Source: a virus
Lineage: Duplodnaviria > Caudoviricetes
Direction: 5' to 3' (one strand)
Length of the DNA: 64,000 bases
Virus record (IMG/VR): IMGVR_UViG_3300028392_002123
This document shows positions 48,176-58,395 of this stretch, piece after piece. A program made the translations under genes and the position numbers. Position 1 is the stretch's first letter, and every line of letters begins with the position of its first letter. A model generated the notes under the pieces. It worked only from the letters and a program-made list of their open reading frames with translations, was not told the DNA's origin and ran no database searches.

Positions 48176-48564
48176 GAATTTCTGTCTATTTTTGGTGAAT
48201 TTACAAAGTGTTCAATGCGGGGTTGTATGCACGAGTAAGTTCACGTTCACGACTATGTGCATCTGCTTTGCCGCGTACAGTTTCAACCAATCCGTAGGTA
48301 AAAGCTTCCACGCCGTGTTCGCGAATGTTCTTGCACAATGCCCAGTCTTTGTTTTCTGTCAATGCGCGACGAACATGTTTTTGGATGCGAACTTTCAGTG
48401 CTTTTTTGACGTTACCGCTACAAACTGTAACACCAATGTAGTACTCGTTGGTAACTACATTAGTGATAACATAGATTGCATGGTTTCTATCGGATCTTGC
48501 TTTGCGTTTCATCATGTATGTATTATAGCGCGGATCCGAATTTCTGTCTATTTTTGGTGAATTT
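48176..48564. repeat. 27-bp perfect direct repeat flanking a GIY-YIG gene
   Basis: GAATTTCTGTCTATTTTTGGTGAATTT at 48176-48202 and 48538-48564. Confidence 0.85.
48201..48515 (-). CDS. Small GIY-YIG nuclease
   Basis: AIYVITN..T.E.YIG...R...H...E. Confidence 0.8.
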   Translation of the reverse strand: MMKRKARSDRNHAIYVITNVVTNEYYIGVTVCSGNVKKALKVRIQKHVRRALTENKDWALCKNIREHGVEAFTYGLVETVRGKADAHSRERELTRAYNPALNTL

Positions 48565-48605
48565 CGGTGTGTAGTACTAAAATATTACTGGCTATTTTAT
48601 GTCAA

Positions 48606-48983
48606 TTATCGGGAATATTCGATGATACTGTATGCAATCACAGTATCGCCTTCGTCGCTGATGCTTAAATGGCACTTGGCATCTAATCTGATTATTGCAT
48701 CATTTAGCTCGTTGTAAAAACAAGTAAATGGTGCGCCCAATTGGTTATGTCGAACTTCAATGCTTTTCCATTTTGTTGTTGAAGAAATCCCAGTGCCCCA
48801 GGCTTTGCTGATTGCTTCTTTGGCGGCCCAGCGTTTTGCCAAAAAATTTTCTTTAAATTCAGATTTAGTGTATTCTTGTTGTTCGTAGTCTGTGAGTATC
48901 TTAGAAGCAAATTTATCTAGTTCTACTCTTGAATTTCTAAATCGTTCAATGCTGGCTATGTCAGTGCCAATGCCTAATATCAT
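48606..48983 (-). CDS. acpS: Holo-ACP synthase (4'-phosphopantetheinyl transferase)
   Basis: GIGTDI, LAKRWAAKEA.SKA.GTG, G.P, HLSISD. Confidence 0.93.
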   Translation of the reverse strand: MILGIGTDIASIERFRNSRVELDKFASKILTDYEQQEYTKSEFKENFLAKRWAAKEAISKAWGTGISSTTKWKSIEVRHNQLGAPFTCFYNELNDAIIRLDAKCHLSISDEGDTVIAYSIIEYSR

Positions 48984-49408
48984 TTATCTAACCTATAATG
49001 TTTAATTCGATAGCATCTGCTTAATGTAATATTAAACTTTTGCAATTCGTTACGCCATATAAAAAACTGTGGACCATGAGTCATGTTTTCATTGGTCAAC
49101 CATTCCCATTGATGTACCATTTCGTGTGCTAGGGTATTTATGAAAAGCCTTCTGCTTAGAAAGCTCTTATTCATTTTAATGAGGCATTTAGCATTGTCGT
49201 TTAAATCACCAGTACACTCGCCCCAAAATGCTTTGCTATAGACAAGTCTAAAATTAGGCATTTTTAATTCGCCGTTGAAGACCTGCTTGTTTATTTGATT
49301 GAAAACTTCGCGACAGTCCTGTATTGTGGGCCTAAATTTAGCATCGTGCAGATCACAGGACTGCACCATTCGAAACAGTTTAGTACGCTCAATCTTTGAT
49401 TTAGCCAT
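48980..49408 (-). CDS. SprT-like zinc metalloprotease
   Basis: TLAHEMVHQ...HG..F. Confidence 0.8.
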   Translation of the reverse strand: MAKSKIERTKLFRMVQSCDLHDAKFRPTIQDCREVFNQINKQVFNGELKMPNFRLVYSKAFWGECTGDLNDNAKCLIKMNKSFLSRRLFINTLAHEMVHQWEWLTNENMTHGPQFFIWRNELQKFNITLSRCYRIKHYRLDK

Positions 49409-49467
49409 TTTAAACCCCCAATATATAGTATTTATACTATACTAGTAAAGTTAAGCAAAGTCAAATT

Positions 49468-49892
49468 TTAAGGATGAACGTCCCAACCTTCTCGGCGCCA
49501 GCGAAGTAGTGTTATCAATAAGTCTAAATAATTCATTGTGCTATTACCAAGTAAACAACCATGGCCGCGATGGCATAGGCCGCTAGTTTAGGTCCATATT
49601 TCATTTCAGCTTGTTCCAGCTGATGATATAATTGTTTAATACCATCCATAGCGAACAGCCTTTTCAGCTCGCATACGACCGTAGGCTTCAAAGAAATTCC
49701 ATGCTTTTGTTAGAATTTTTTTCATACGAAATTCCTATCGCTTTGTTTGTCATATTGTTTGATCCAATATTCTACATCTGCAGAACTGGCAATGCTTTTT
49801 GTGTTTAAATATTGTTCTAATCTAGACTGATAGTTCTGTTGTGGGAACATTTCAGCTAGACGCTCTAGTAGTTGTACTATTTTTGCAGTCAT
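49468..49892 (-). other. Micro-ORFs below the track threshold: 49722-49892 (56 aa, DUF3563-like), 49636-49725 (29 aa), 49468-49536 (22 aa)
   Basis: Hand translation; coupled starts/stops; ATAAATA upstream. Confidence 0.45.
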
Positions 49893-49978
49893 TTTTATAT
49901 CCTATATTAGTAGTCACTCGTGGTTTCTACTAACGTATTTATGTTGCAACGCACAAAAACTAGTGGTTTCTACTGATA

Positions 49979-51076
49979 TTATTTTACCAAACTAAGATTA
50001 AGTTGTCTGTTAACTCGCACAAAAGTTGTGCATTTAGACAGTTGTTTTAAAGATCCTGCACCTACATAAGTGCAAGTACTGCGAATGCCACCTAAAATAT
50101 CTAGTACTGTGGATTTAACAGCGCCTTTATAAGGTACTGTAACTGTGCGGCCTTCACTGCTACGATATTCTGCAATACCGCCATTGTGTTTTTCCATGGC
50201 TGTGTCACTGCTCATTCCGTAAAATTGAATGTACTGTTCTGCTCTAAGTTTTTTTCTAGGATAATGTTCGCCTTGATCCATGGCGCCTAGTTCACTGGTT
50301 TCTAAGATTTTTTGAATAATCTCACCACCACCTTCATCATGTCCTGCTAGCATGCCGCCCAACATGACAAAGTCTGCGCCTGCGCCAAATGCCTTAGCCA
50401 CATCGCCTGGGCAAGTGCAACCACCATCAGCAATGATATGGGCGCCGAGACCATGAGCCGCATCAGCGCACTCAATGATCGCAGAAAGTTGCGGGTAGCC
50501 AACCCCAGTTTGTAGCCTAGTCGTGCATACCGATCCCGGTCCGATTCCAACTTTGACAATGTCTGCTCCTCTTAAAATAAGTTCTTGTGTCATATCTGCT
50601 GTGACAACATTGCCTGCGATAATTGTGTGTGCGGGATAACGTGCTCTTACCTTGGCTACAAAATCCCCAAAGTGTTCGCTGTATCCGTTGGCAATGTCAA
50701 TGCAGATAAAATGTAGTTCAGGATATGTATTTAAAATCTGCTGAAATTTCGACCAGTCTCGATCGCTGGTGCCCGAACTCACTGCAACATAATTACCATA
50801 GTACAAGTCATCACTGTTTTGTACAAAGTCATCCAGATCATAACTTTTTACAAAACAAGTAAACATGCGATGTTCATACAAGGCTTTGGCCATGGCAAAC
50901 GTGCCAACACCATCCATGTTAGCAGCCATAATAGGAACACCTGTCCAGGCGATGTGACTGTGTTTAAATTTAAAGGTACGATTTAAGTCTACTTCCTTAC
51001 GACTAGAAAGAGTGCTACGTTTTGGTCGTATGAGCACATCGCTGTAGTCCAGCTTTACTTCGTCTTCAATTCTCAT
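49979..51076 (-). CDS. guaC: GMP reductase
   Basis: [42 protein letters not shown]. Confidence 0.95.
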   Translation of the reverse strand: MRIEDEVKLDYSDVLIRPKRSTLSSRKEVDLNRTFKFKHSHIAWTGVPIMAANMDGVGTFAMAKALYEHRMFTCFVKSYDLDDFVQNSDDLYYGNYVAVSSGTSDRDWSKFQQILNTYPELHFICIDIANGYSEHFGDFVAKVRARYPAHTIIAGNVVTADMTQELILRGADIVKVGIGPGSVCTTRLQTGVGYPQLSAIIECADAAHGLGAHIIADGGCTCPGDVAKAFGAGADFVMLGGMLAGHDEGGGEIIQKILETSELGAMDQGEHYPRKKLRAEQYIQFYGMSSDTAMEKHNGGIAEYRSSEGRTVTVPYKGAVKSTVLDILGGIRSTCTYVGAGSLKQLSKCTTFVRVNRQLNLSLVK

Positions 51077-51381
51077 TATTCTTCCTCGAGTGTAATTGCC
51101 AGTGCATGGCCGTTTGAACGGCTGACAAAAATTGCTTCATTTTGTTTTTGCTCTGCTATTTCGTAGGTGTATATGCCAGCAGTACCTTTGCCTTTTTCAT
51201 GTATAGATAAGGTGATGTTAACTGCGTCGTCGTGATTTTTATGAAAGATTTCTTTAAGCAAATCTATTACAAACTCCATTGGTGTGCTATCGTCGTTGTT
51301 TAAAACAACTTTAAATAAACTAGGTTTTTTTAAAACCTGCTCGGTTTTTTTATTTTGTATAGTTTGCGCCATCGTGGTCAT
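51076..51381 (-). CDS. clpS: Clp adaptor ClpS
   Basis: [29 protein letters not shown]. Confidence 0.93.
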   Translation of the reverse strand: MTTMAQTIQNKKTEQVLKKPSLFKVVLNNDDSTPMEFVIDLLKEIFHKNHDDAVNITLSIHEKGKGTAGIYTYEIAEQKQNEAIFVSRSNGHALAITLEEE

Positions 51382-51410
51382 TTTTAATCTCTTATATATT
51401 TATGTATGTA

Positions 51411-51431
51411 TTGGGGGGACGAACCCCCCAA
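51411..51431 (-). terminator. Intrinsic terminator after hsp20
   Basis: TTGGGGGG/CCCCCCAA hairpin. Confidence 0.6.
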
Positions 51432-51435
51432 TGCT

Positions 51436-51879
51436 TTAGTTTGACTTACCTAAAATTTGGATCTTACGAGGCTTTAATTCTTCAGGAACGATCCTAGTAA
51501 TTTTAATACTAAGAATTCCATCTTGAATCATAGCATCACCGACCTGCATGTGTTCGGCCAAAGTAAAGCTCTTTTGAAATTCACGATAAGCTAAACCTCG
51601 ATGTAGGTACTCAAAATCTTCTGAGTCTTCGTGACTGCGTTGGCCACGGATTGTCAGTTCATTTTGATGTACTTCTACGTCAATGTCTTCCAAGGTAAAG
51701 CCAGCAACGGCTATTTCAATTTCATAGCTATCGTCGCTTTTCTTGATGACATTATAAGGGGGATAGTTTGTGCCATTTTGGAATCTAGTTTCAACTGTAT
51801 TAAACATACGGTCAAAACCAATTAAGGCTCTGTTCAGCTGATTTAAAGCTGTTGTGTCAAATCGTGTTAATGCGTTCAT
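51436..51879 (-). CDS. Small heat-shock protein Hsp20 (IbpA-like)
   Basis: YPPYN, EIAVAGF, YLHRGLA.R.F, GIL.I; start MNALTR with AGGAGA SD. Confidence 0.93.
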   Translation of the reverse strand: MNALTRFDTTALNQLNRALIGFDRMFNTVETRFQNGTNYPPYNVIKKSDDSYEIEIAVAGFTLEDIDVEVHQNELTIRGQRSHEDSEDFEYLHRGLAYREFQKSFTLAEHMQVGDAMIQDGILSIKITRIVPEELKPRKIQILGKSN

Positions 51880-51970
51880 AATTTTCTCCTTTAATAAGCA
51901 AGAACGTTTTGGGCTACGTGCCCGATGTACAACCCTATTGGCGTCGTACAAATATATTTATACATTAATT

Positions 51971-52369
51971 TTATTTTTCTGTCAATATGCTACTATCGGC
52001 CATGCCTGCCAAAACCAGTAGTAGTCTATATTCATCATAGGCTCGCTGAACAGCGGGATGATTCTTTCGAACTTCTGCTTCGTCGGCCAAGAGTTTTTCC
52101 AGTCTAGTTATTCGTTCATCGTATTCTTCCCAGGGATCAGAAATAGTAATATTGGAAACACCGTTAATAGATCCAACAATATATCCTGATGCCGAACTTC
52201 CGTTGCTGCCTGCTATGGTTGAAATTTGACTAGACGAACCGCTTGGACCATTTATACTACTCTGCATGGTAACAAACGGTCCAATTTCCTGTGCAGTGAT
52301 GCCAACAATATCATTAGTTTCATCCCAGTTAAAATTACTAGCAGTAATAGTTATTGTATCGTCGTTCAT
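51971..52369 (-). CDS. Hypothetical protein
   Basis: S/G-rich middle, C-terminal HPAVQRAYDEY. Confidence 0.5.
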   Translation of the reverse strand: MNDDTITITASNFNWDETNDIVGITAQEIGPFVTMQSSINGPSGSSSQISTIAGSNGSSASGYIVGSINGVSNITISDPWEEYDERITRLEKLLADEAEVRKNHPAVQRAYDEYRLLLVLAGMADSSILTEK

Positions 52370-52370
52370 A

Positions 52371-52601
52371 TCAATACATCTTTTTAGGTAGTGCTTCTGA
52401 TTCGCGTTTCTTTTGTGCTCTGCGAACTTGTTGATTTTTAATGCGTCTGCGCTTGGTAGTTGGTTTTTCGTAGAACTCACGTTCTTTCAAATCCATGAGC
52501 TTACCGCTTTCCATGATTTTCTTTTTAAAAGTACGCAAAGCTTTTTCTACGTTATCGTTACGGACTTCTACCATACTTCCGTTAAACTGTTTTTTTGTCA
52601 T
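52371..52601 (-). CDS. rpsU: Ribosomal protein bS21
   Basis: V.V..DNVEKALR.FKKK...G...REFYEKPT..R. Confidence 0.93.
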   Translation of the reverse strand: MTKKQFNGSMVEVRNDNVEKALRTFKKKIMESGKLMDLKEREFYEKPTTKRRRIKNQQVRRAQKKRESEALPKKMY

Positions 52602-53136
52602 TTACTTTCCCTTGATATAGTGTAGCCGTAATCCTATTGCCTTGTAGTTCGCTCTTGCCTTCTACTTTGGCGCTGGGCATTTCTGCTAGAATATTATTTA
52701 AGATTTCGAAACCAGTTCCTGTATTGGCCATTTCTCTTCCTCTAAATTTAATAATAATCCTTACTTTGTCACCTTCTTCTAACCATTCCTTGATGTGTTT
52801 CATTTTAACATCAAGATCGTGAGTATCAATTGCTGGGCGAATTTGAACTTCTTTAATATCTACGCGATTTTCTCGTGCTTTTTTATTCTGTTCTTTTTCC
52901 CGTTTTTGTAAATCATATTTGTATCTTCCCACATCTCCGATTTTACATATAGGGGGATTTGACTGTGGATTAATCAAGATTAAATCTAATGATTGATCTG
53001 CCGCTTGATCTAACGCTTTAAAGAAAGGATAGATACCAAGATTAGCACCATCGGCACCGATCAGTCTTACTTCCCTTGCTCGTATTTCTCTATTAGACAG
53101 GATTCTGTTTTCGTGTCTTCTTTCGTTCATTGCCAT
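52582..53136 (-). CDS. infC: Translation initiation factor IF-3
   Basis: N.EIRA.EVRLI, PPICKI.D.G.YKY, KEV..RP.ID.HD, FRGRE. Confidence 0.95.
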   Translation of the reverse strand: MAMNERRHENRILSNREIRAREVRLIGADGANLGIYPFFKALDQAADQSLDLILINPQSNPPICKIGDVGRYKYDLQKREKEQNKKARENRVDIKEVQIRPAIDTHDLDVKMKHIKEWLEEGDKVRIIIKFRGREMANTGTGFEILNNILAEMPSAKVEGKSELQGNRITATLYQGKVNDKKTV

Positions 53137-54328
53137 ATACTAAAATGGGCTCACTTCCTTGGGTAATTGTTTCTTCTGTGATACAAACTTTTGTAACATT
53201 ATTTGCTGCCAAATCCGGCAGTACAAATTGGGTTTTGAGCAGTACGTACTCTAATTCTGATCTGAGGCCACGTGCGCCTAATTTTTTGGTTATGCATGAT
53301 TTAGCTATAGCATAACAGGCTTTGGTGTCTATGTCAAGCTCAACATCATCCATTTTGAATAGTGCTTTGAATTGGCTAATAATGTTATTTTTTGGTTCGG
53401 TTAAGGCCCTAACTAATTGCTCCTCTGTCAAATCTTCTAATACTGTAATCTTAGGCAATCGTCCTACTAGCTCAGGAATCATTCCCCATTTAATTATATC
53501 GTCGGGAATAACACTGGTTAGTTCTGTAGTGGTTTTATCAACCGTTGCTCCAAATCCAATAGTACTTTGTTTATTCAAACGTTTTGCTATTATACTTTCT
53601 AATCCAGAAAAGGCGCCACCTAGAATAAACAAAATGTTTTTTGTATCAATGGTCAACATTTCATTGCCGGGGTGTTTGCGGCCGCCTTGTTGTGGCACAC
53701 GACATTCTGTGCCTTCAATGATCTTTAATAGTGCTTGTTGAACGCCTTCTCCACTGACATCGCGGCTAATACTAGCACCTTCACTTTTGCGTCCTTTTTT
53801 ATCTATTTCATCTATGTAGATAATACCAGTTTCTGTTTTTTCAATGTTTTGACCTGATGCTTGGTACAATTTATGAATAACGTTTTCTACGTCTTCGCCT
53901 ACATAACCTGCTTCAGTTAAACTTGTAGCATCTGTAATGGCAAAAGGAACATCTAAGAATTTTGCAATAGTTTTTGCCAGCAATGTCTTGCCACTGCCTG
54001 TTGGGCCTATCAACAATACGTTACTTTTTTCAATCTCTACATCTGATTTATTGAACAGTCTTTTGTAATGATTGTAAACAGCAACGCTTAATGTTAGTTT
54101 GGGTAGGTCTTGACCGATAACGTATTGGTCCAAGTGTTGAAATAATTCCCTGGGTGTGGGAAGTTTCTTATCGTTTTTTGTTAATTCCGGATCGTCTTTG
54201 ATTACTTCATTGCACAGTTTGATACATTCATCGCAGATATATCCGGTGGCACCTGCTACTAATTTTTTTACTTCATTCTGGCTTTTTTCACAAAAGCTAC
54301 ACGACAATAATTTTTTAGATTCAGTCAT
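53093..54328 (-). CDS. clpX: ATP-dependent Clp protease ATPase ClpX
   Basis: CSFC..C..C zinc finger, GPTGSGKT, YVGEDVE, RDVSGEGVQ, GGRKHP, IGF. Confidence 0.97.
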   Translation of the reverse strand: MTESKKLLSCSFCEKSQNEVKKLVAGATGYICDECIKLCNEVIKDDPELTKNDKKLPTPRELFQHLDQYVIGQDLPKLTLSVAVYNHYKRLFNKSDVEIEKSNVLLIGPTGSGKTLLAKTIAKFLDVPFAITDATSLTEAGYVGEDVENVIHKLYQASGQNIEKTETGIIYIDEIDKKGRKSEGASISRDVSGEGVQQALLKIIEGTECRVPQQGGRKHPGNEMLTIDTKNILFILGGAFSGLESIIAKRLNKQSTIGFGATVDKTTTELTSVIPDDIIKWGMIPELVGRLPKITVLEDLTEEQLVRALTEPKNNIISQFKALFKMDDVELDIDTKACYAIAKSCITKKLGARGLRSELEYVLLKTQFVLPDLAANNVTKVCITEETITQGSEPILVYGNERKKTRKQNPV

Positions 54329-54746
54329 TGCTGAGATATGTTCTTAAAAGACTGTGCAATTGATCGTTGCCTTGGAACATATTGCCTCCTAGTGTATTTA
54401 ATAAACTAAGCAAAGGTATATTCTCAAATTCTTCTGGTACACTGAACCAGCATTTATTTCCTATATGTAGAAATGCTATTAATAGTTCTTGCTGAGTAGA
54501 ACTGCCTAAATCTACTATCAGTAAGTCTGCCATTTCTGACATAGCCAAAGTCCATTCCCACTCATCCTTACTTTCTTCTTCTACATGATAGAATGTAACT
54601 GTGATTGTAGGAAATGTGCTTTCCAAACCTTCTGTTACTTGTTCAATCCAATCTTGATCGGATCCTATTAAAGTAATTCTGATACCATCAGGTGGCAAGT
54701 ATAGGCTTGGCGGTGTTACGTAATACGCTTCTTTATTTTGATCCAT
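54321..54746 (-). CDS. Hypothetical protein
   Basis: ORF track; coupled. Confidence 0.55.
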   Translation of the reverse strand: MDQNKEAYYVTPPSLYLPPDGIRITLIGSDQDWIEQVTEGLESTFPTITVTFYHVEEESKDEWEWTLAMSEMADLLIVDLGSSTQQELLIAFLHIGNKCWFSVPEEFENIPLLSLLNTLGGNMFQGNDQLHSLLRTYLSND

Positions 54747-56101
54747 TATGATTTATTGTCTGTGGGAGAAGATTTAATAGGTCCCCAGTGTGTTGTTTTT
54801 GCTCTATTTTTCTTTCCAAGCTCTTTAACAATTTTTTTGTATATACCTTCAAGTCCGTTATCATCGCCAGATTCGATCATTTTATCAACTTCACTGTTAA
54901 AGTCCATAGAAATATTTTCTTCTTTGTATGTATCCTGTTTTACCGGTTCTTCGACCTTCTGTTTACGTCGAGCTGGCTTTTTAACTTCTTCTTTTGGTAA
55001 TTCTTCTTCGACTTTAACTTCTTTTTTTGTTTCAAACTCGGGACCGGTTTGTTGCCATTCGCCACCGGGTTCGCGAACGCCTTCAAAATCTGTAACGGTT
55101 GTTGCCAATGGTACATTATCTTCAGGAGTACTGTTAGTAACTCCCTGTGCTAGTATTTCTTCGGCTTCTTCGGCTATGGTTGTTTCAACAACAGTACTTG
55201 AGGTTTCACTTTCGTCCTGCCACTCTAGATTTATTTCTTCAATAGGGAGTTGGGCTACAGGTGCTGTGACTTCCGAATTGTCTACAACGGGTTCGGAACT
55301 TACTGGACTGTCTACTTTATCTTCGCTGTGTTCTTTTGATTTTATCTGTGTTAAGTTGGCGGCAATTAACATTAAAACTGCCAATGGATCAAATACAAAA
55401 ATTAATACTATGATCAATATGCGTACTGCTTTTTCTAAAGTATTAGAATCAGGGTTATCGCCATATAACAATGCGGCTATATATTTTATTGGTCCAACTT
55501 CTGCTTCAACTTTACGAACCTCGGTACGAATGGGGGCCGCTTCTTCGTTAAGGGCGGCAATAGCTTTCTGTTCGGTGGCAATCTCGGATTGAAGTCTTGC
55601 TCGTTCCTTTTGTTGACCTCGTCTAATTGCAACTGCTTTGTCGGCACCTTTTTCATCACTGCTTCGGCCCATGACTTGGTCCACAGCTTCATCCATTTGT
55701 TTAAGCGCCTTCCGGTTCGCATCTATATTTTCCTTTGAGGTTTTAATCTTTTCATCATATACAGAAATTTTAGCTAATATATCGCCTGACGTAATACCCT
55801 GATCCATGTGCGCTTTTGACAAGAAACCAAAGATACCCATACTGGTGATCACCATTAACAGTATTAATGCAGAAGTAAAGTATATTCTCATCAACACAGG
55901 TATCTTTGCCCAGTATCTATACAACCAACTGGCAACAACTAATTTTGCCACTTCTAGGCTACTGCCCATGATAGCAACAGGAATTGCGGCCGCGGCAAAG
56001 ATGGCTATCAGGCCCACTATACTATAATAAGCGGCAATAGCACTAAGAAGTATCGCATTCGCGAATAATAATAAATACATTAGCATGGGAATATTTATCA
56101 A
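54746..56101 (-). CDS. Membrane-anchored coiled-coil protein with acidic tail
   Basis: N-terminal TMs, coiled coil, VGPIKYIA, FDPLAV. Confidence 0.65.
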   Translation of the reverse strand: MINIPMLMYLLLFANAILLSAIAAYYSIVGLIAIFAAAAIPVAIMGSSLEVAKLVVASWLYRYWAKIPVLMRIYFTSALILLMVITSMGIFGFLSKAHMDQGITSGDILAKISVYDEKIKTSKENIDANRKALKQMDEAVDQVMGRSSDEKGADKAVAIRRGQQKERARLQSEIATEQKAIAALNEEAAPIRTEVRKVEAEVGPIKYIAALLYGDNPDSNTLEKAVRILIIVLIFVFDPLAVLMLIAANLTQIKSKEHSEDKVDSPVSSEPVVDNSEVTAPVAQLPIEEINLEWQDESETSSTVVETTIAEEAEEILAQGVTNSTPEDNVPLATTVTDFEGVREPGGEWQQTGPEFETKKEVKVEEELPKEEVKKPARRKQKVEEPVKQDTYKEENISMDFNSEVDKMIESGDDNGLEGIYKKIVKELGKKNRAKTTHWGPIKSSPTDNKS

Positions 56102-56188
56102 TTTTTACAAGCATATTATACAAGACTGACGTATATGCTGTCAAATCCATTGGTAAAGATAAATACTTTCAACTAAGGAGAATACTTT

Positions 56189-56644
56189 ATGTATGCGTTT
56201 ATTTCAACCAAAAGAGACATCGATAGAAGCAATGCTTCGAATATAGCCGCTGTTATTAGAAGCGTAGTTGCCGCTTTGACCACAGCAAATTTTAATAAAT
56301 CTAGTTTAAATGCTAGTGTTATCGATATTTCTAAGAGTGCTGTTTTAGATAATAAAACACTAAACTGGTCATATCAAACTAGTAATGTAGATGGAGAAAC
56401 ACTGGGATCTGGTACTGTATCTGGTGCGGATAATAGTTGGACTATTGCCAATGGCAGCAAAACTGTTACATTTACAATCACTGACACTAGCATGGACGGC
56501 TATGGAGAATATGGTATCGGTGTTACTAGTACTACAAGTCCTGTATCATATCCATTATTGCCAGGCGCTGATTTGATATTTGTAATGGGTGCTGGTAATA
56601 TAATTACTATACAGCCAGCTGTTGGTTTAACTACATCTGTCTAA
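56189..56644 (+). CDS. Hypothetical S/T/G-rich protein (possibly virion)
   Basis: ATAAATA and AAGGAG upstream. Confidence 0.55.
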   Translation: MYAFISTKRDIDRSNASNIAAVIRSVVAALTTANFNKSSLNASVIDISKSAVLDNKTLNWSYQTSNVDGETLGSGTVSGADNSWTIANGSKTVTFTITDTSMDGYGEYGIGVTSTTSPVSYPLLPGADLIFVMGAGNIITIQPAVGLTTSV

Positions 56645-56653
56645 TAGATTAAA

Positions 56654-57559
56654 ATGAATTCACAGGTATTCTGGCATTTAACAGATTACTGCGATCAAGA
56701 ATGTACATACTGCCCCGCTCGTTATCGAGGGGGCAGTTCCATTAAAGAGTTAGCAAGTTATCTATCTGTAGTCAAAAAAATTCAAGACAGTAGATATAAG
56801 CATGCCGAAAAAATTGTTTGGCAACTAAGTGGTGGCGAACTAATAACGCTACCAAATATTACTTCAATTTTAAAACAGATAAAAACACGGCCATCTTTTG
56901 TTAAAATAGAAACATCTGGAGGTACTAGTTGGTTTGACTATATGAGTATACAAGATTATATAGATCAAATTACACTAACTTATCATCATTGGCAAAATCC
57001 TTCTATTGCAGAATACATCATCGATTTCTGTCAAACTAACAATAAAATTATCAGAGTCAAAGTTCCTTATTTTCCCGGCAAAGTCAAAGAGCAAATGGCA
57101 CTGATTGCAGATCTAAATTCTAGAAAAATTCCCACACGTGGTATGCCATTATACGTTGATGCTAGATCAAGTAATCCTTATATAGACGGTTATTCTGCTA
57201 ACGAAATAAATTTAATGAATGGTCGCGAAGAGAATTGGGTGCCTCCACCGCCTGCGCCAGTACCGCCTAGAGATCCAAGTTTACCCGATCCAAATTGGAT
57301 AGATCCTACTAAGCCCAGCGAAGAAGGCCAAAAACAAAGTGTGGGCACTGGATGTTATGCAGGCGTTGACTACATATACATTAGTCATAAAGGATTTGCC
57401 ACAGGCAGCGATTGCGGAGGTAGAACTTTGGGCAATGTGTTTGAAAGTGATTGGCTACCTCCCCGCGAATCTTTCAACTGTCCTATGTTTTTATGTCATA
57501 GTCACAGTGATAAGAAAAAAATTAGAATGGCTTCTAATAATTATTTTGTCAAAAACTAA
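56654..57559 (+). CDS. Radical SAM protein with C-terminal Cys cluster (twitch-like)
   Basis: TDYCDQECTYC, SGGE, ETSG, C.AG...C...C. Confidence 0.8.
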   Translation: MNSQVFWHLTDYCDQECTYCPARYRGGSSIKELASYLSVVKKIQDSRYKHAEKIVWQLSGGELITLPNITSILKQIKTRPSFVKIETSGGTSWFDYMSIQDYIDQITLTYHHWQNPSIAEYIIDFCQTNNKIIRVKVPYFPGKVKEQMALIADLNSRKIPTRGMPLYVDARSSNPYIDGYSANEINLMNGREENWVPPPPAPVPPRDPSLPDPNWIDPTKPSEEGQKQSVGTGCYAGVDYIYISHKGFATGSDCGGRTLGNVFESDWLPPRESFNCPMFLCHSHSDKKKIRMASNNYFVKN

Positions 57560-58073
57560 CTAAACTAGTTACCCTATAATTTTCTTTTTCCAGCATACTT
57601 TTGCCGCCCAAGAAACTTAGATCTGCTATGGCACAATGTATTTGATTGTGATTATCAATGTGCCATAAAGTGTTTATAATTTCTCCCACTGCATGACTAG
57701 TACCACCGGTTGCTATGATATCGTCAATGACCATAACAGGTCCTTCTATTTTTTGATTCACTAGCATGGCCACAGTGGCTGTGCTATATTCTGTGTTGTA
57801 AGTAATTTCATATGTGGCGCCAGGTAACTTGCCGGACTTACGTGCCAGGAATAATGGTATGCCGGTGATAGCACCGACTGCTCCGCCCCATATAAAACCT
57901 CTGGCATCAATGGCCACAATAGACTTTATACTATTACTGTTGACAACATCTTCTAACCAATCCACTGTAAATTTAAATGCTAAGGGATCAGATAGTATTG
58001 TGGTAATATCCAAAAAGTCAACTCCAGTCTTTGGAAAATTTTTAACTGTTCTAATTTTTTCTTTGATGTTCAT
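57549..58073 (-). CDS. apt: Adenine phosphoribosyltransferase
   Basis: FPK.GV.F.DIT, DARGF, RK.GKLP, YNTEY, IDDIIATGGT. Confidence 0.93.
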   Translation of the reverse strand: MNIKEKIRTVKNFPKTGVDFLDITTILSDPLAFKFTVDWLEDVVNSNSIKSIVAIDARGFIWGGAVGAITGIPLFLARKSGKLPGATYEITYNTEYSTATVAMLVNQKIEGPVMVIDDIIATGGTSHAVGEIINTLWHIDNHNQIHCAIADLSFLGGKSMLEKENYRVTSLVSF

Positions 58074-58084
58074 ATGTATAAAAT

Positions 58085-58110
58085 AAAAAAGGGTGCAAAA
58101 AATGCACCCT
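58085..58110 (-). terminator. Intrinsic terminator
   Basis: AGGGTGCA/TGCACCCT hairpin with tract. Confidence 0.7.
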
Positions 58111-58137
58111 ATTATTTAAGCTGGAAGCTCTTAGATC

Positions 58138-58395
58138 TTAGACAAGACCCAATGCAATAGCTTTGTAACCAGCGGCTACAACTTCGCGGCTTGGAGTGCC
58201 CAAACGATACTTGGTAGTCTGACGACCTTTAGTATCTTTATGCTGATTAGCATAGATAGCAAAACCGTTAAAACGCAATGCGCTAACTGTTGCCGTTGGG
58301 TTTTTAATACCAAAACGTTGGCCGATTTGAGCCGCTGTCAATTCCTCACCCTTACGTAGGGCGGAAAGTAGTTTACTAGATTTAGTAATGTTCAT
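58138..58395 (-). CDS. Small HTH-like DNA-binding protein
   Basis: LL.AL..GEELTA.QI..RFGI.NP.A.VS.LR. Confidence 0.6.
   Translation of the reverse strand: MNITKSSKLLSALRKGEELTAAQIGQRFGIKNPTATVSALRFNGFAIYANQHKDTKGRQTTKYRLGTPSREVVAAGYKAIALGLV

Noticed and set aside
54738-55592. 284-aa plus-strand ORF
   Set aside because: Antisense shadow of the low-complexity tail of 54746..56101; similar shadows elsewhere in the track were ignored
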